This document shows positions 28,903-38,773 of a DNA stretch of 64,000 nt, piece after piece. This stretch comes from Eledone cirrhosa (Eukaryota). Position 1 is the stretch's first letter. Every line of letters begins with the position of its first letter. Under the pieces are notes generated by a model, which worked only from the letters and a program-made list of their open reading frames with translations, did not search any database and was not told where the DNA came from. The position numbers and the translations under genes are program-made. Location: contig OZ024741.1 of the NCBI GenBank assembly GCA_964016885.1, forward strand, positions 415,524,001 through 415,588,000, in the 5' to 3' direction.

Positions 28903-31128
28903 TCATCATCATCATCATCATCATCATCGTTTAACGTCCATCTTCCACGCTTGCATGGGTTTGGACGGGAATTTTCCAACTTGATGCAAGATTGGTTGAC
29001 TTGGTCACATAGGACTGTCTGGCAGGTTTTCTACGGCTGGATGTCCTTCCTAACACCAACCACATTTACAGTGTGTACTGGGAGGTTTTTACCATGTTAC
29101 CTACACAGCCACATTACAGCGTGGACTGTGTTTTTTTTTTGTCGTGACTCCTACACAACCTCATTTGTTTCGGCCTGGATGTTGTGGTACCAACATAACT
29201 TTACATTGAAAGGGGTGGTGTGGATGGGGTGGGGGTAGTGGGATGGGGTGTATTTTTGTTAGAGGTGCCTACTGACTGTAGGTTTTGCTTTGTACTTAGG
29301 CAAGTCGGGTCTTCTGTATTACTGTGTAGCGCAAAAGATCTCGGTCCAGTGACATTGTCTTGGAGAGGTGTAAGTGTGTGAGGTCGGAATTTATCAAGTT
29401 GTCCCAGGTTTTTCTGGGTCTGCCTACTCCGTGGCTACCGTCTATTTTTATCGCCCTGCACTTTTTTATACAGCTGTCGTCTTTCATGCGCATCACGTGA
29501 CCATACCAACATAGTCTTCTCTTGAGTAAACAACATCTGATCCCTCTTATTCCTAATTTCTCCCTTAGTTCGTTTATGCTTTGCTGTTCACGTATATTAC
29601 TATTACACATCCAGCGGAGCATGCAAGCTTCGTTTCTCTCCAGTCTGCGTATATCCTCTGCACACAATGCCCAAGTCTCACTGCCATGTAACATTGCTGT
29701 TCGTATGCAGGCATCATACAGCCTGCCTTTCATTTTTAGAGAGAACCCATTTTGCGGCCAATAGTGGTATAAGCTCTCTGAACTTTTTCCATCCCGTTCT
29801 GACTGTAGTTTCAGAGCACCCTCCACCACTGCTGATTTTGTCACCCAGGTAACGGAAGGTGTCCACTATTTCTATAGAACCATCTGTGCAATGGAATGAG
29901 CTAGTATTCTGTGGGCACTTGCTGCTACTTATTGCACCAGAGCACCGGCCACATATAAAATCTATATTCTTAGTTAGCTTACCTGTGATCCCACTACATC
30001 TTTTATGCACCCATACTTTGCATTTTGGACATAAAATGGAGTTTCTACCTACTCCTTTCCTACACACTGAGCATGGCCATTTCCCAGATGGGACCGGTGC
30101 CCTATTTTCCTTCCTACAAACTAGAACTTTAATCTTAGGTTAATTTTAAGGCCTTTTGATTCTAGGCGATGCTTCCATGTTTGGAATTTCTTCTCTAGTT
30201 CAGCCATTGATTCAGCTATGAGCGTTAGATCATCTGCGTATAGGAGTTCCCATGGGCAGCCGGTCTTGAACTCCTCTGTTATAGCCTGAAGGGCAATAAT
30301 AAATAGTAGGGGGCTAAGAACGGAGCCCTAATGAACACCAACTTTTACACTAAACTCTTCTCTATATTCGTTGTTAATTCTAACCTTGCTGACTGTTTCT
30401 TTATACATGGCTTGTATAGCTCTCACAAGCCATTCATCAACACCTAGTTTTCTAAGAGCCCACCAGATAATGGAGCGGGGGACTCTGTCAAAGGCTTTCT
30501 CCAAGTCAACAAAAGCTAAGTATAGGGGTTTACTTTTAGCTAGGTACTTCTCCTGTAATTGTCGTACAATGAAAAGAGCGTCTGTGGTACTTTTGCCTGA
30601 CACAAACCCAAACTGCATTTCATCTAGATCAATTCGCTCTCTGATTAGTTGCGCTATTACTTTTTCTGTGACTTTCATGACCTGGTCAATTAATTTAATG
30701 CCTCTATAATTACCCCTATCTAGGGCATCTCCTTTACCCTTGTAGCAGTTAATGATGCTGCTGCTACGCCAGTCCTTCGGAACGACCCCATTCTGTATGA
30801 CTTGGTTTACTATCCGGGTGAACATAGTGTGTCCCACCGTTCCAGATGCTTTCAGCATTTCAGCAACTATTTCCGAAGGCCCAGCCGCCTTACCCGTCTT
30901 CATATCTTTGATTGCCTTACTTATTATACTACCTTCAACTTGCACTGCTGCTCCCTCTATTGGATCAATGTTGGGGAGACTGTCTTTCTCCCATTTATTC
31001 TCCTCATTTAGTAGCCTTTCGTAGTGACACTTCCAAGCTACCTTCTTATCAGCGTCGGTGATGGCAAGTACACCATCATCATTCAAGACACACTTCTCCC
31101 CGACAATATCACGGTTTTCCTTGATATT
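28903..31128 (-). mobile_element. 5'-truncated RTE LINE (RT pseudogene, Cys-rich insert, 3' UTR, (ATG)n tail)
   Basis: KGKGD...NYRGIKL, QFGF, FVDLEKAFDRVPR, GVH*GSVLSPLLF and LLYADDL (about 30230-30245). Contains a premature TAG at 30328-30330 and frameshifts. Confidence 0.95.
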
Positions 31129-31139
31129 GTATATATATA

Positions 31140-32050
31140 TCATCATCATCATCATCATCATCACCGTTTTACGTCCGTTCTTCCACGCTAGCATGGGTTA
31201 GACGGGTTGTCCTGTTGTGGGCAGTGTCTGGTCGGCTGACCATGCCTTGCTCATACAGGAACTGATCTGGCTTGATTTCTACAGCTGGATGCCCTTCCTA
31301 ACACCAACCTCATTTACAGTGAGTGCTGGGTGCTTTTTCGTGGCACCTACACGTCCACTTTACAGTGTGGGCTGGGTGCTTTTTTGCCGTGGCACCTCCA
31401 CGACCACCTTGCGGTGGGGGGAGTGGGGGCATATTGTTTATATGCTTCAGCATGTACCCATGGGAGGTCGGGTACCCTGTATTACTGCGTGACGCCAGAA
31501 GTCACGGTCGTGTGTCATTGTCTTTGAGAGGTGTAGTTGGGTAAGGTCGGCTTTTATCACCTCATCCCAAGTCATCTTGGGTCTCCCCACTCCGCGGTTT
31601 CCATCAACTTGTAGTGCTCTGCCCCTTTTTATGCAGCTGTCATCCTTCATACGCATCACATGTCCATACCAGCGTAACCGCCTCTCCTGCACGCAGCATT
31701 TGATTCCTCTTATGCTCAGTCTCTCTCTCAATTCCTTTATGCTTTGTCGTTCACGTATATTACTGTTACACATCCATCGGAGCATGCAGGCTTCGTTTCT
31801 CTCTAATCTACGTAAGTCTTCCACCTTCAGTGCCCAGGTCTCACTACCATGCAACATCGCTGTTCGGATACACGCATCATACAGTCTGCCTTTCATTCTG
31901 AGGGAGAAGCCTTTTGCAGCTAGCAGTGGTAGTAGTTCCCTAAACTTCTTCCATCCCGTTCTTACCCTAGTTATTGTACTTTCTGAGCACCCACCTCCGT
32001 TGCTAATTCGGTCACCTAGGTAGCAGAAGCTGTCTACTGTTTCTACAGGG
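31140..32050 (-). mobile_element. RTE LINE 3' fragment with tail (different 3' UTR subfamily)
   Basis: FCYLGD...GWKKFRELLPLL...MLHGSETWA...WYGHVMRM, with (CAT)n at 31140. Confidence 0.92.
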
Positions 32051-32107
32051 CATATACATATATGTGTGAATATATATATATATACATATATATAAAGTAA
32101 AAGTAAC

Positions 32108-32790
32108 GGAGCAAAGGACTTGCGTATAATCCTGTAATTAAATGAGCTCAAAGGAAATAGTTATCTTGGACACTTTAAAATACAATATATAGAGGGGAAA
32201 GACACAGGAGAGTGTTTTTCATTACAAGAATTTCGAACCACCAGCGTTTCTTCTCACGCTGATGGTTCGAAATTCCTGTAAAGAAAAACACACTCTTCTG
32301 TGTCTTTCCCCCTCTATATATTGTATTTTAAACTCTTTCCTTTGAGCTCATTTAATTACAGGATTATACGCGAGTCCTTGGCTCCTTGCGCTCTCTCTGC
32401 TGTTGAGCACCTTAAATTGAATAGTATAGGCTGCCATCTCTAGCAGCTTGTTCATGTCACCGGTTACTGCCCCAAGCACGCATTCCTCTTATGTCTACAC
32501 GTGCGAAGGGTGGTTTATTTTAGTTCTCTCTAGTAGTGCGGACAATATCGGCCTTCTACATGCTGATGACCCACAGGGCCGTATTGGAACCCACTAAAAT
32601 GGTGAAACATGCTCCTGGTGAGTTTGTATATGTGTGATTTAGGTGAGGATGGTTTTTCATTTCAATTTATACTTTTAATTTTAATATTTTACCAATACCT
32701 CTAGTAGCTTATATTCTTCTCACGCTGGTGGTTCGAAATTCCTGTAATGAAAAACACACTCCCATGTGTCTTTCCCCTCTATATATATAT
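32108..32790 (+). mobile_element. Non-coding fold-back/partial-tandem element with a hammerhead-like motif (non-autonomous Penelope/retrozyme-like)
   Basis: Inverted arms 32108-32247 and 32256-32385. Direct repeat TTCTTCTCACGCTG(A/G)TGGTTCGAAATTCCTGTAA at 32248 and 32714 (466-bp unit). Bounded by (TA)n and has no ORF. Confidence 0.6.
32557..32634 (+). ncRNA. Candidate type I hammerhead ribozyme
   Basis: Stem I TACATG/TATGTG; CTGATGA 32563-32569; stem II CCA/TGG with a mismatched closing pair; GAAA 32604-32607; stem III ACATGCTC/GAGTTTGT (7 of 8 paired); GUA cleavage triplet ending 32628. Confidence 0.55.
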
Positions 32791-32807
32791 ACATATATAT
32801 ATATATG

Positions 32808-33451
32808 ACCGAGATCTTTGGCGCTACACAGTAATACAGAAGACCCACCTTGCCTAAGTACAAAGCGAAACCTACAGTCAGTAGGCACCTCTTAACCAAA
32901 TATACACCCCAATCCACTACCCCTACCTTATCCTCCCACTCCTACCAACACCACCCTCTCTCTGTAAAGTTGGTACCACAACATCCAGTCCAAATAAATA
33001 AATGAGATAATTGTTTCTACTTTTGGCACAAGGCCATCAATTATCCCCGACCCCTTAAGGATGAAAGGCAAAGTTAACCTCGGCGGGTTTTGAACTCAGT
33101 CCGTAAAGGGACGTAACTGTGCTGCAAAGCATGGCGTCCAACCCTCTACCAATACTGCCAATTCACTGCCCACCAAATAAATGAGATAATCTGATCGAGA
33201 TTGTGTAGGTGTCATTGACAAAAAAACACAGTTCATGCTGTAATGTGGCCGTGTAGGTAACACGGTAAAAAGTTCCCAGTTCCACACTGTAAATGTGGTT
33301 GGTGTTAGGAAGGGCATCCAGCCGTAGAAAACCTGCCAGATAGTCCTATACGAGCGAGACAAGGTCACCCGACCAACCTTGCCTCAAATTGGGACAACTG
33401 TCTAAACCATGCTAGCGTGGAAGATGGACGTTAAACGATGATGATGATGAT
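32808..33451 (+). mobile_element. RTE LINE 3' end/UTR interrupted by a SINE
   Basis: Reverse-complement match to 28903-29345 and 33893-34300; (GAT)n tail at about 33438. Confidence 0.88.
33012..33174 (-). mobile_element. tRNA-derived SINE with 16-bp target-site duplication
   Basis: Minus strand has A box TGGCAGTATTGG and B box-like GAGTTCAAAACC. AAATAAATGAGATAAT is duplicated at 32996-33011 and 33175-33190. Confidence 0.85.
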
Positions 33452-33460
33452 ATATATATA

Positions 33461-33492
<32 letters not shown>

Positions 33493-33493
<1 letters not shown>

Positions 33494-33885
33494 CATCATC
33501 ATCACCATTTAATGTCCATTTTTCCACGCTAGCATGGGTTAGACGGGAGTTGTCTCATGAGACAAATCAGGTCAGATGACCGTGTCTCACTCACACAGAA
33601 CTGATTTTGGCTTAGTTTCTATGGCAGGTGTAAATCCATAGACAATCATGACTGAAAGAGTTCTTGTTTTATATATGGTACACATCTATGTGGAGGTACA
33701 TGGACTTGTGGTAAGGGTGTTGGACTTGTGGTTGGTGTCAAGAAGGACTTCCCGCCATAGAGATCAAGTCAGGAACAGTTATGTGTGAGCAAGACATGTC
33801 ATCTGATCTGACTTGACTTACAACAGAACAACTCCCGTCTAACCCATGCTAGCATGGAAAAATGGACATCAGTGATGATGATGAT
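33493..33885. mobile_element. Two short RTE-type 3' tails in inverted orientation
   Basis: GCTAGCATGGGTTAGACGGGAGTTGT (33527) versus ACAACTCCCGTCTAACCCATGCTAGC (33828), with (CAT)n and (GAT)n at the outer ends. Confidence 0.75.
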
Positions 33886-33892
33886 ATTAAGT

Positions 33893-34557
33893 CATCATCA
33901 TCGTTTAACGTCTATCTTCCACACTAGCATGGGTTAGACGGGAGTTATCCCACTTGAGGCAAGATTGGTTGCCTGGCAGGTTTTCTACCGCTGGATGCCA
34001 TTCCTAACACCAATCACGTTTACAGTGTGGGACTGGGAGGTTTTTACTGTGTTACCTACAAGGCCACATTACAGCGTAGACTGTGTTTTTTTTGTCGTGA
34101 CACCTACACAACCTCATTAGTTTGGACTGGATGTTGTGGTACCAACATAACTTTACAGAGAAAGGGGTGTTGTTGGTGGGGGAGTTGGGGTAGTGGATTG
34201 GGGTGTTTATTTTGTTAAGAGGTGCCTACTGACTGTAGGTTTCGCTTTGTACTTAGGCAAAGCGGGTCTTCTGTATTACTGCGTAGTGCCAAAGATCTCG
34301 GTCCAGTGACATTGTCTTAGAGAGGTGCAAGTGTGTAAGGTTGGAATTTATCAGATCGTCCCAGGTTTTTCTGTGTCTACCTACTCCGTAACTTCCATCA
34401 ATTTTGATCGCCCTGCACTTTTTTATACAGCTGTCATCTTTCATGCGCATCACGTGACCATACCAACATAGTCTTCTCTCGAGTAAACAGCATCTGATCC
34501 CTCTTATTCCTAATTTCTCACTTAGTTCATTTATGCTTTGCCGTTCGTGTATATTAT
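33893..34557 (-). mobile_element. RTE LINE 3' fragment, same subfamily as 28903-31128
   Basis: Collinear with about 28921-29600; MRMKDDSCIKKCRAIKIDG. Confidence 0.92.
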
Positions 34558-34624
34558 TAAGTATAAATGAATTTGTTTCTATGTAGAATGTTTTCTATAT
34601 TTTCCAACTCTTTTGTTCGTTTAG

Positions 34625-34668
34625 TGAGCACCACCACTTCGTCAACTCCCAGCACAGGTCCACCACTG
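34625..34668 (+). CDS. REC8: Kleisin exon C (44 bp, phase 1 to 0): LSTTTSSTPSTGPPL
   Basis: Pyrimidine-rich acceptor ...ttcgtttAG and donor GTAAGT. Its length converts phase 1 (exon B) to phase 0 (exon D) as required. Confidence 0.72.
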
Positions 34669-34690
34669 GTAAGTTACCTTTTTTATTATT

Positions 34691-34789
34691 GTATTGATCT
34701 GTCAACTCTATTGATCTGTCAACTGTATTGATCTGTCAGTTGTATTGATCTCTCAACTCTATTGATCTGTCAACTCTATTGATCTGTCA
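34691..34789. repeat. 17-bp minisatellite, about 6 copies
   Basis: TATTGATCTGTCAACT(C/G) in tandem. Confidence 0.9.
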
Positions 34790-35019
34790 TAGGTAATTCA
34801 ATCCTTTTGTTATGTCTAATGAAATATTTTGTATTTTAAGTAAACAAAAACAAAGAATTAGTGAAATATTTACTAAAATAATTTAAGATGATGTTTGTAA
34901 GATAAGATGATGTGGTATTATGTTGGAAGGCTTTAGTTTAAGTAGGAACACTTTAAAATGGGTGGAATTTCCTAGAATCAGGTGTAGGTTCAGCGTAGGT
35001 TGATATGAAAAAGGTTTTA

Positions 35020-35241
35020 AAGGTGAGAAACAAACAATTGAAAGGATATAAAGTACAATAATACCCCCACCCACTTTCTCTCTCCCTCCCTTTTTTAGAT
35101 ATCATCATCATCACCATCATCTTCGTGGAAAATGGACGTTAAACGAAGATGATGATGATATCTAAAAAAAGGGAGGGAGAGAGAAAATGGGTGGGGGTAT
35201 TTTTGTACTTTATATCCTTTCAATTGTTTGTTTCTCACCTT
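35020..35241. repeat. Long inverted duplication (about 100-bp arms) centred on an RTE-type tail
   Basis: AAGGTGAGAAACAAACAATTGAAAGGATATAAAGTACA... versus ...TGTACTTTATATCCTTTCAATTGTTTGTTTCTCACCTT. Confidence 0.92.
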
Positions 35242-35551
35242 AAATTACAGATTTTGTACTTTGGTAGGATCATGTTGTAAATAAAAACACGCATTAGTTC
35301 AGTTCATTTTATGAAAAAATATTAAATTCTTTTTCTTTTTCTTTTTTTAAAACTATTTTAACTCTTGTGTTACAAATAATTGTAGAAATATATTTTTTGA
35401 TTTAGAGATAAATTAAAGTAACAAATTTTAACATTATTTCGTTGGCATTTGGGACATAACTTAACAAAGGTTTTTACATAAAATTAAATATTATTAAATT
35501 CTTTTTTTTCTCTCTTTTCCTTTTTTTTTTAAAACTATTTAAACCCTTTTA

Positions 35552-36321
35552 TTAACCCTTTTATTAATAAGTTTATAATAGAAGATTATGTACGTTTGAA
35601 ATAATTGCAGAAAGTATTTTTTTTAATTTAGAGAGATTAAGTAAAGTTACTAATTTTAATAGTGTTGCATTGGCATTTGGAACATAACTTAACAAAGGTT
35701 TTTATATAAAATTATGATGGAAGGTTTTGTTTTTTTTACATACAGGGTGAGCATAAAGTGTTTGAGACCACAAAACACAGCTTTTTTACTCATAGGCGCC
35801 ATCTTGTTACTGAAAATTACAACTACTTCCTAAAGAAGAGAAAATGTAAAACATGTTCAGAAAAACTTTAAAATTGAAATTTATAAATTAAAACAATCAA
35901 ACAGTAAAATCTCAAATAGATGCGTTGAGAGAGAAACTGGGTATAAGAGGGATAAGTTGTGGTGTGCAGGAGAGAAGACTGAGATGGTATGGACATGTGA
36001 TGCGCATGGAGGATGACCACTGGATAAAGAAGTGCCAAGAAATGCCAGTAGGAGGAAGACCAGGAAAAACATGGACGGAGGTGGTGAGAGCAGACCTCAG
36101 ATCGATGAAACTCAGAGTGGAGATGACAAAGGACTGTGACAAGTGGAGAGATGCTGTGCTGAAGAGGACCCATCCCACCCTTGCAAGCAGGGAAAAGCGG
36201 GATGTAAAATGATGATGATGATGAGTATCCGAGATATGGTATTTTATAATACTTTAAAATGAGAGGTTTTATGTCACAAAATCATGGACAGTTCCAGGTG
36301 GTTTGCTATCAAAAGAGTTAA
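35552..36321. mobile_element. Diverged TTAA-bounded MITE (relative of 26953-27181, opposite orientation), interrupted by an RTE fragment
   Basis: TTAACCCTTTT at 35552 and AAAAGAGTTAA ending 36321. The reverse complement of 36250-36321 resembles 26953-27022. Confidence 0.45.
35921..36223 (+). mobile_element. RTE LINE 3' fragment (same subfamily as 27928-28536)
   Basis: REKLGIRGISCGVQERRLRWYGHVMRM followed by an (ATG)n tail. Confidence 0.9.
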
Positions 36322-36337
36322 ATTTTTCATGAAAGGA

Positions 36338-36629
36338 TTAACCCTTTAGCATTTAAAACAGCCATATCCAGCCAGAATTCTCTCACTTCTTTCTGTTCAA
36401 ACCAGCTGTAACCAGCCACTCATAACAATGTTACAGTATTGTTCTCAAAATAAATATCAAAATCTCAGATTTGATATTATGTGAGTTAAAGCTTTGCCAT
36501 GAAAATACAACAGTAAATATAGAGTAATGTAAATGTTATGTGAGATGTGTGAGGTAATTATGTAAGGTAAAGTCTCTAATGTGAAAATATAATAGTAAAT
36601 ATAGAGTTATGTAAATATTAAAGGGTTAA
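36338..36629. mobile_element. piggyBac-like MITE, second family
   Basis: TTAACCCTTTAGCATTTA ... TAAATATTAAAGGGTTAA (16 of 18 inverted match). Confidence 0.8.
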
Positions 36630-36660
36630 GTTGATTTGAATGTTAAACTTGTCTTTGTAG

Positions 36661-36803
36661 GATGTTTCATCTGTAGAATTACCTCGACCATCCTCTGTAC
36701 TTAGTCGTCATAAAAGATCAGGTGATAGCAGTGTCACTCCTGTCAGTATTAAGATCGGAAGGTCAGCTGATTCTTTGCATGAGAGTACTCCCAGAAAACA
36801 AAG
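36661..36803 (+). CDS. REC8: Kleisin exon D (143 bp, phase 0 to 2): DVSSVELPRPSSVLSRHKRSGDSSVTPVSIKIGRSADSLHESTPRKQ
   Basis: Acceptor ctttgtAG and donor GTAAGT; open frame. Contains SVELPR, a separase-type (S/D/E)xExxR motif. Confidence 0.82.
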
Positions 36804-36879
36804 GTAAGTAGATAAATATGTATTATTATTTAACCTCTAAGATTTTAATATAAATTATATCATCTATATGTCCAAATGA

Positions 36880-37027
36880 AGAAAGCCACAGTAGAGCTAG
36901 ACCAAGAAATACCTGGACAGAAGTGATGAGAGTTGACCTCAGAAGTGGAGAGATGCTGCACTAAGAAGGACCTGTCCAACCCATGCAAGCATGGAAAAAC
37001 AGACATAAAAACGATGATGATACATAT

Positions 37028-37066
<39 letters not shown>

Positions 37067-37234
37067 TCATCATCATCATCATCATTTAACGTCTATCTTC
37101 CACACTAGCATGGGTTAGACGGGAATTGTCCCATTTGAGGTAAGATTGGTCGGGTGACCATGTCTCGCTCACATAGGACTATCTGGCAGGTTTTCTACGG
37201 CTGGATGCCCTTCCTAACACCAACCACATTTACA
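36880..37234. mobile_element. Two tail-to-tail RTE 3' fragments around a (TA)n tract
   Basis: + strand tail ending ACGATGATGAT at about 37020; (CAT)n-TTTAACGTCTATCTTCC on the minus strand from 37063. Confidence 0.75.
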
Positions 37235-37562
37235 TATATATATATCCAGAATCCAGCTTCTATAATTTTCGGCGGAAGAAGGGAGTGCATGGCTCTGCTG
37301 ATCGTCAACCAGCGTGAAACAGACTGTTAGCTTCTCTCCCTTCTTTCACCAAAAAGAAGTAAGTGACATAGTCACTACTATAAAACCGATAGCATATGGT
37401 CTTCTAATTGTTTTTAATTAAACATACAGTATATTGCCAAATATACTATACATACATTCATGTATACATTGCTATTTCAGAGCACCAATCCTAATACCAT
37501 ATGTATATATATATATAGTGACGAAACATAAGTCAATTGCATGAACTCATAATCCTTTATTT

Positions 37563-37618
37563 ACTACTATATATATTTTGATGATAGCCATTGAATGGCT
37601 ATGACCTCATCAGGCAGT
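37563..37618 (-). ncRNA. Minimal hammerhead ribozyme in the PLE pLTR (GAAA mutated to AAAA in this copy)
   Basis: Minus strand reads ACTGC-CTGATGA-GGTCATAGCCA ttcaa TGGCTATCATC-AAAA-TATATA-TA-GTAGT. The other pLTR (41453-41480) retains TTGAAATATATATAGCAGT. Confidence 0.75.
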
Positions 37619-38773
37619 TAGTCAGTTCTTAGATATGCCAGCTCTGTGTTTTTGGTGTTGATGGTTTCAGAGCCTTGGGACATATGAGCTTGTTAGGAAT
37701 AATTTAATGTTGTCAGCAGGAATAATCTTAATTCTCATTGGTCAGTTTGTAGATGGTAGTAGGGTTGGTATTTGACCTCAAAGAGGCAGGTGGTGTGTAA
37801 AAGTTCAAACCGTCAGACAAGATGACAATAGTTCCATATGACTGATTTTCACAAAAAGCATTCCTGGTCAGATATATATTCAATTGAGGTTTATAGTATG
37901 AAATTCGATACTACAGGTCATTCTTAACTTGAGGATATTTATGTGGGGTGGTACTACTGAAAATGATGGTTAGAGTCAAATACTGAGAAAGTTTACATAT
38001 AAAAAGACTTATGTTGGTTGACTTGTACATACACTCACACCTACCCCCACAGACACACACACTCACATCTACACACACAAATCCATACAGATGTGTATAT
38101 ATATGTATGTACGCACAAGTGCATACATATATACAAGAGAGGCCCCCAAATCCAAGTATAAGGCAGACATAAAAATAGGTGGGTGTTATTTTTAAAGAAA
38201 CGTAAAGTGGGTGTTTGGAAGAGTTATTGTTTAGACTAGACAAAGGTAGAGTGTGATATATATCTTCACAGCAATAGCTTGGGGGGCTTTGGAGCTTAGG
38301 CGAATCCCTTAGTACAGACATATATACCCACCCACACTTGTATACCTCTGGATGCGTGTGTATGTCTATATACACATGTGCACTCATACAAGAGAGCATA
38401 TACAAATATACTCTTAAGCATACACTCGAACATTTTTCAAATGCAACCTGGGGTATTAGTATTTCGTTGCGTTCACATGAGTGTGTACATTCACGTAATC
38501 CCAGTATACACACACAATGCACGGTTGTGGGCACTCATTCATGCGTATAGGGTTAGTACCTTAGGATAATTGTTCTTCCTGTGTGGGCCACTCCGGGGGG
38601 TTCCTCAAGTTCAATAAACATGGTTTTGCTGACTCCTAACCAGTAGAGGATTCGGTGGACAATCCACTGTAAGGACCACAAACTATGAGTGGGTGTTGTT
38701 GCCCATTGGTCATTGGTACGGGGTGTAGGGGACCTACAGGGGGGAGGGCGTTGTGGGAGGCCATAACTGGGGT

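Noticed and set aside
27910-32023. + strand ORFs overlapping RTE fragments
   Set aside because: Antisense shadows of LINE coding sequence.
37911-38569. 207-aa minus-strand ORF and overlapping ORFs in the PLE 3' region
   Set aside because: Low-complexity (CA/TG)-rich sequence with no recognisable domain.
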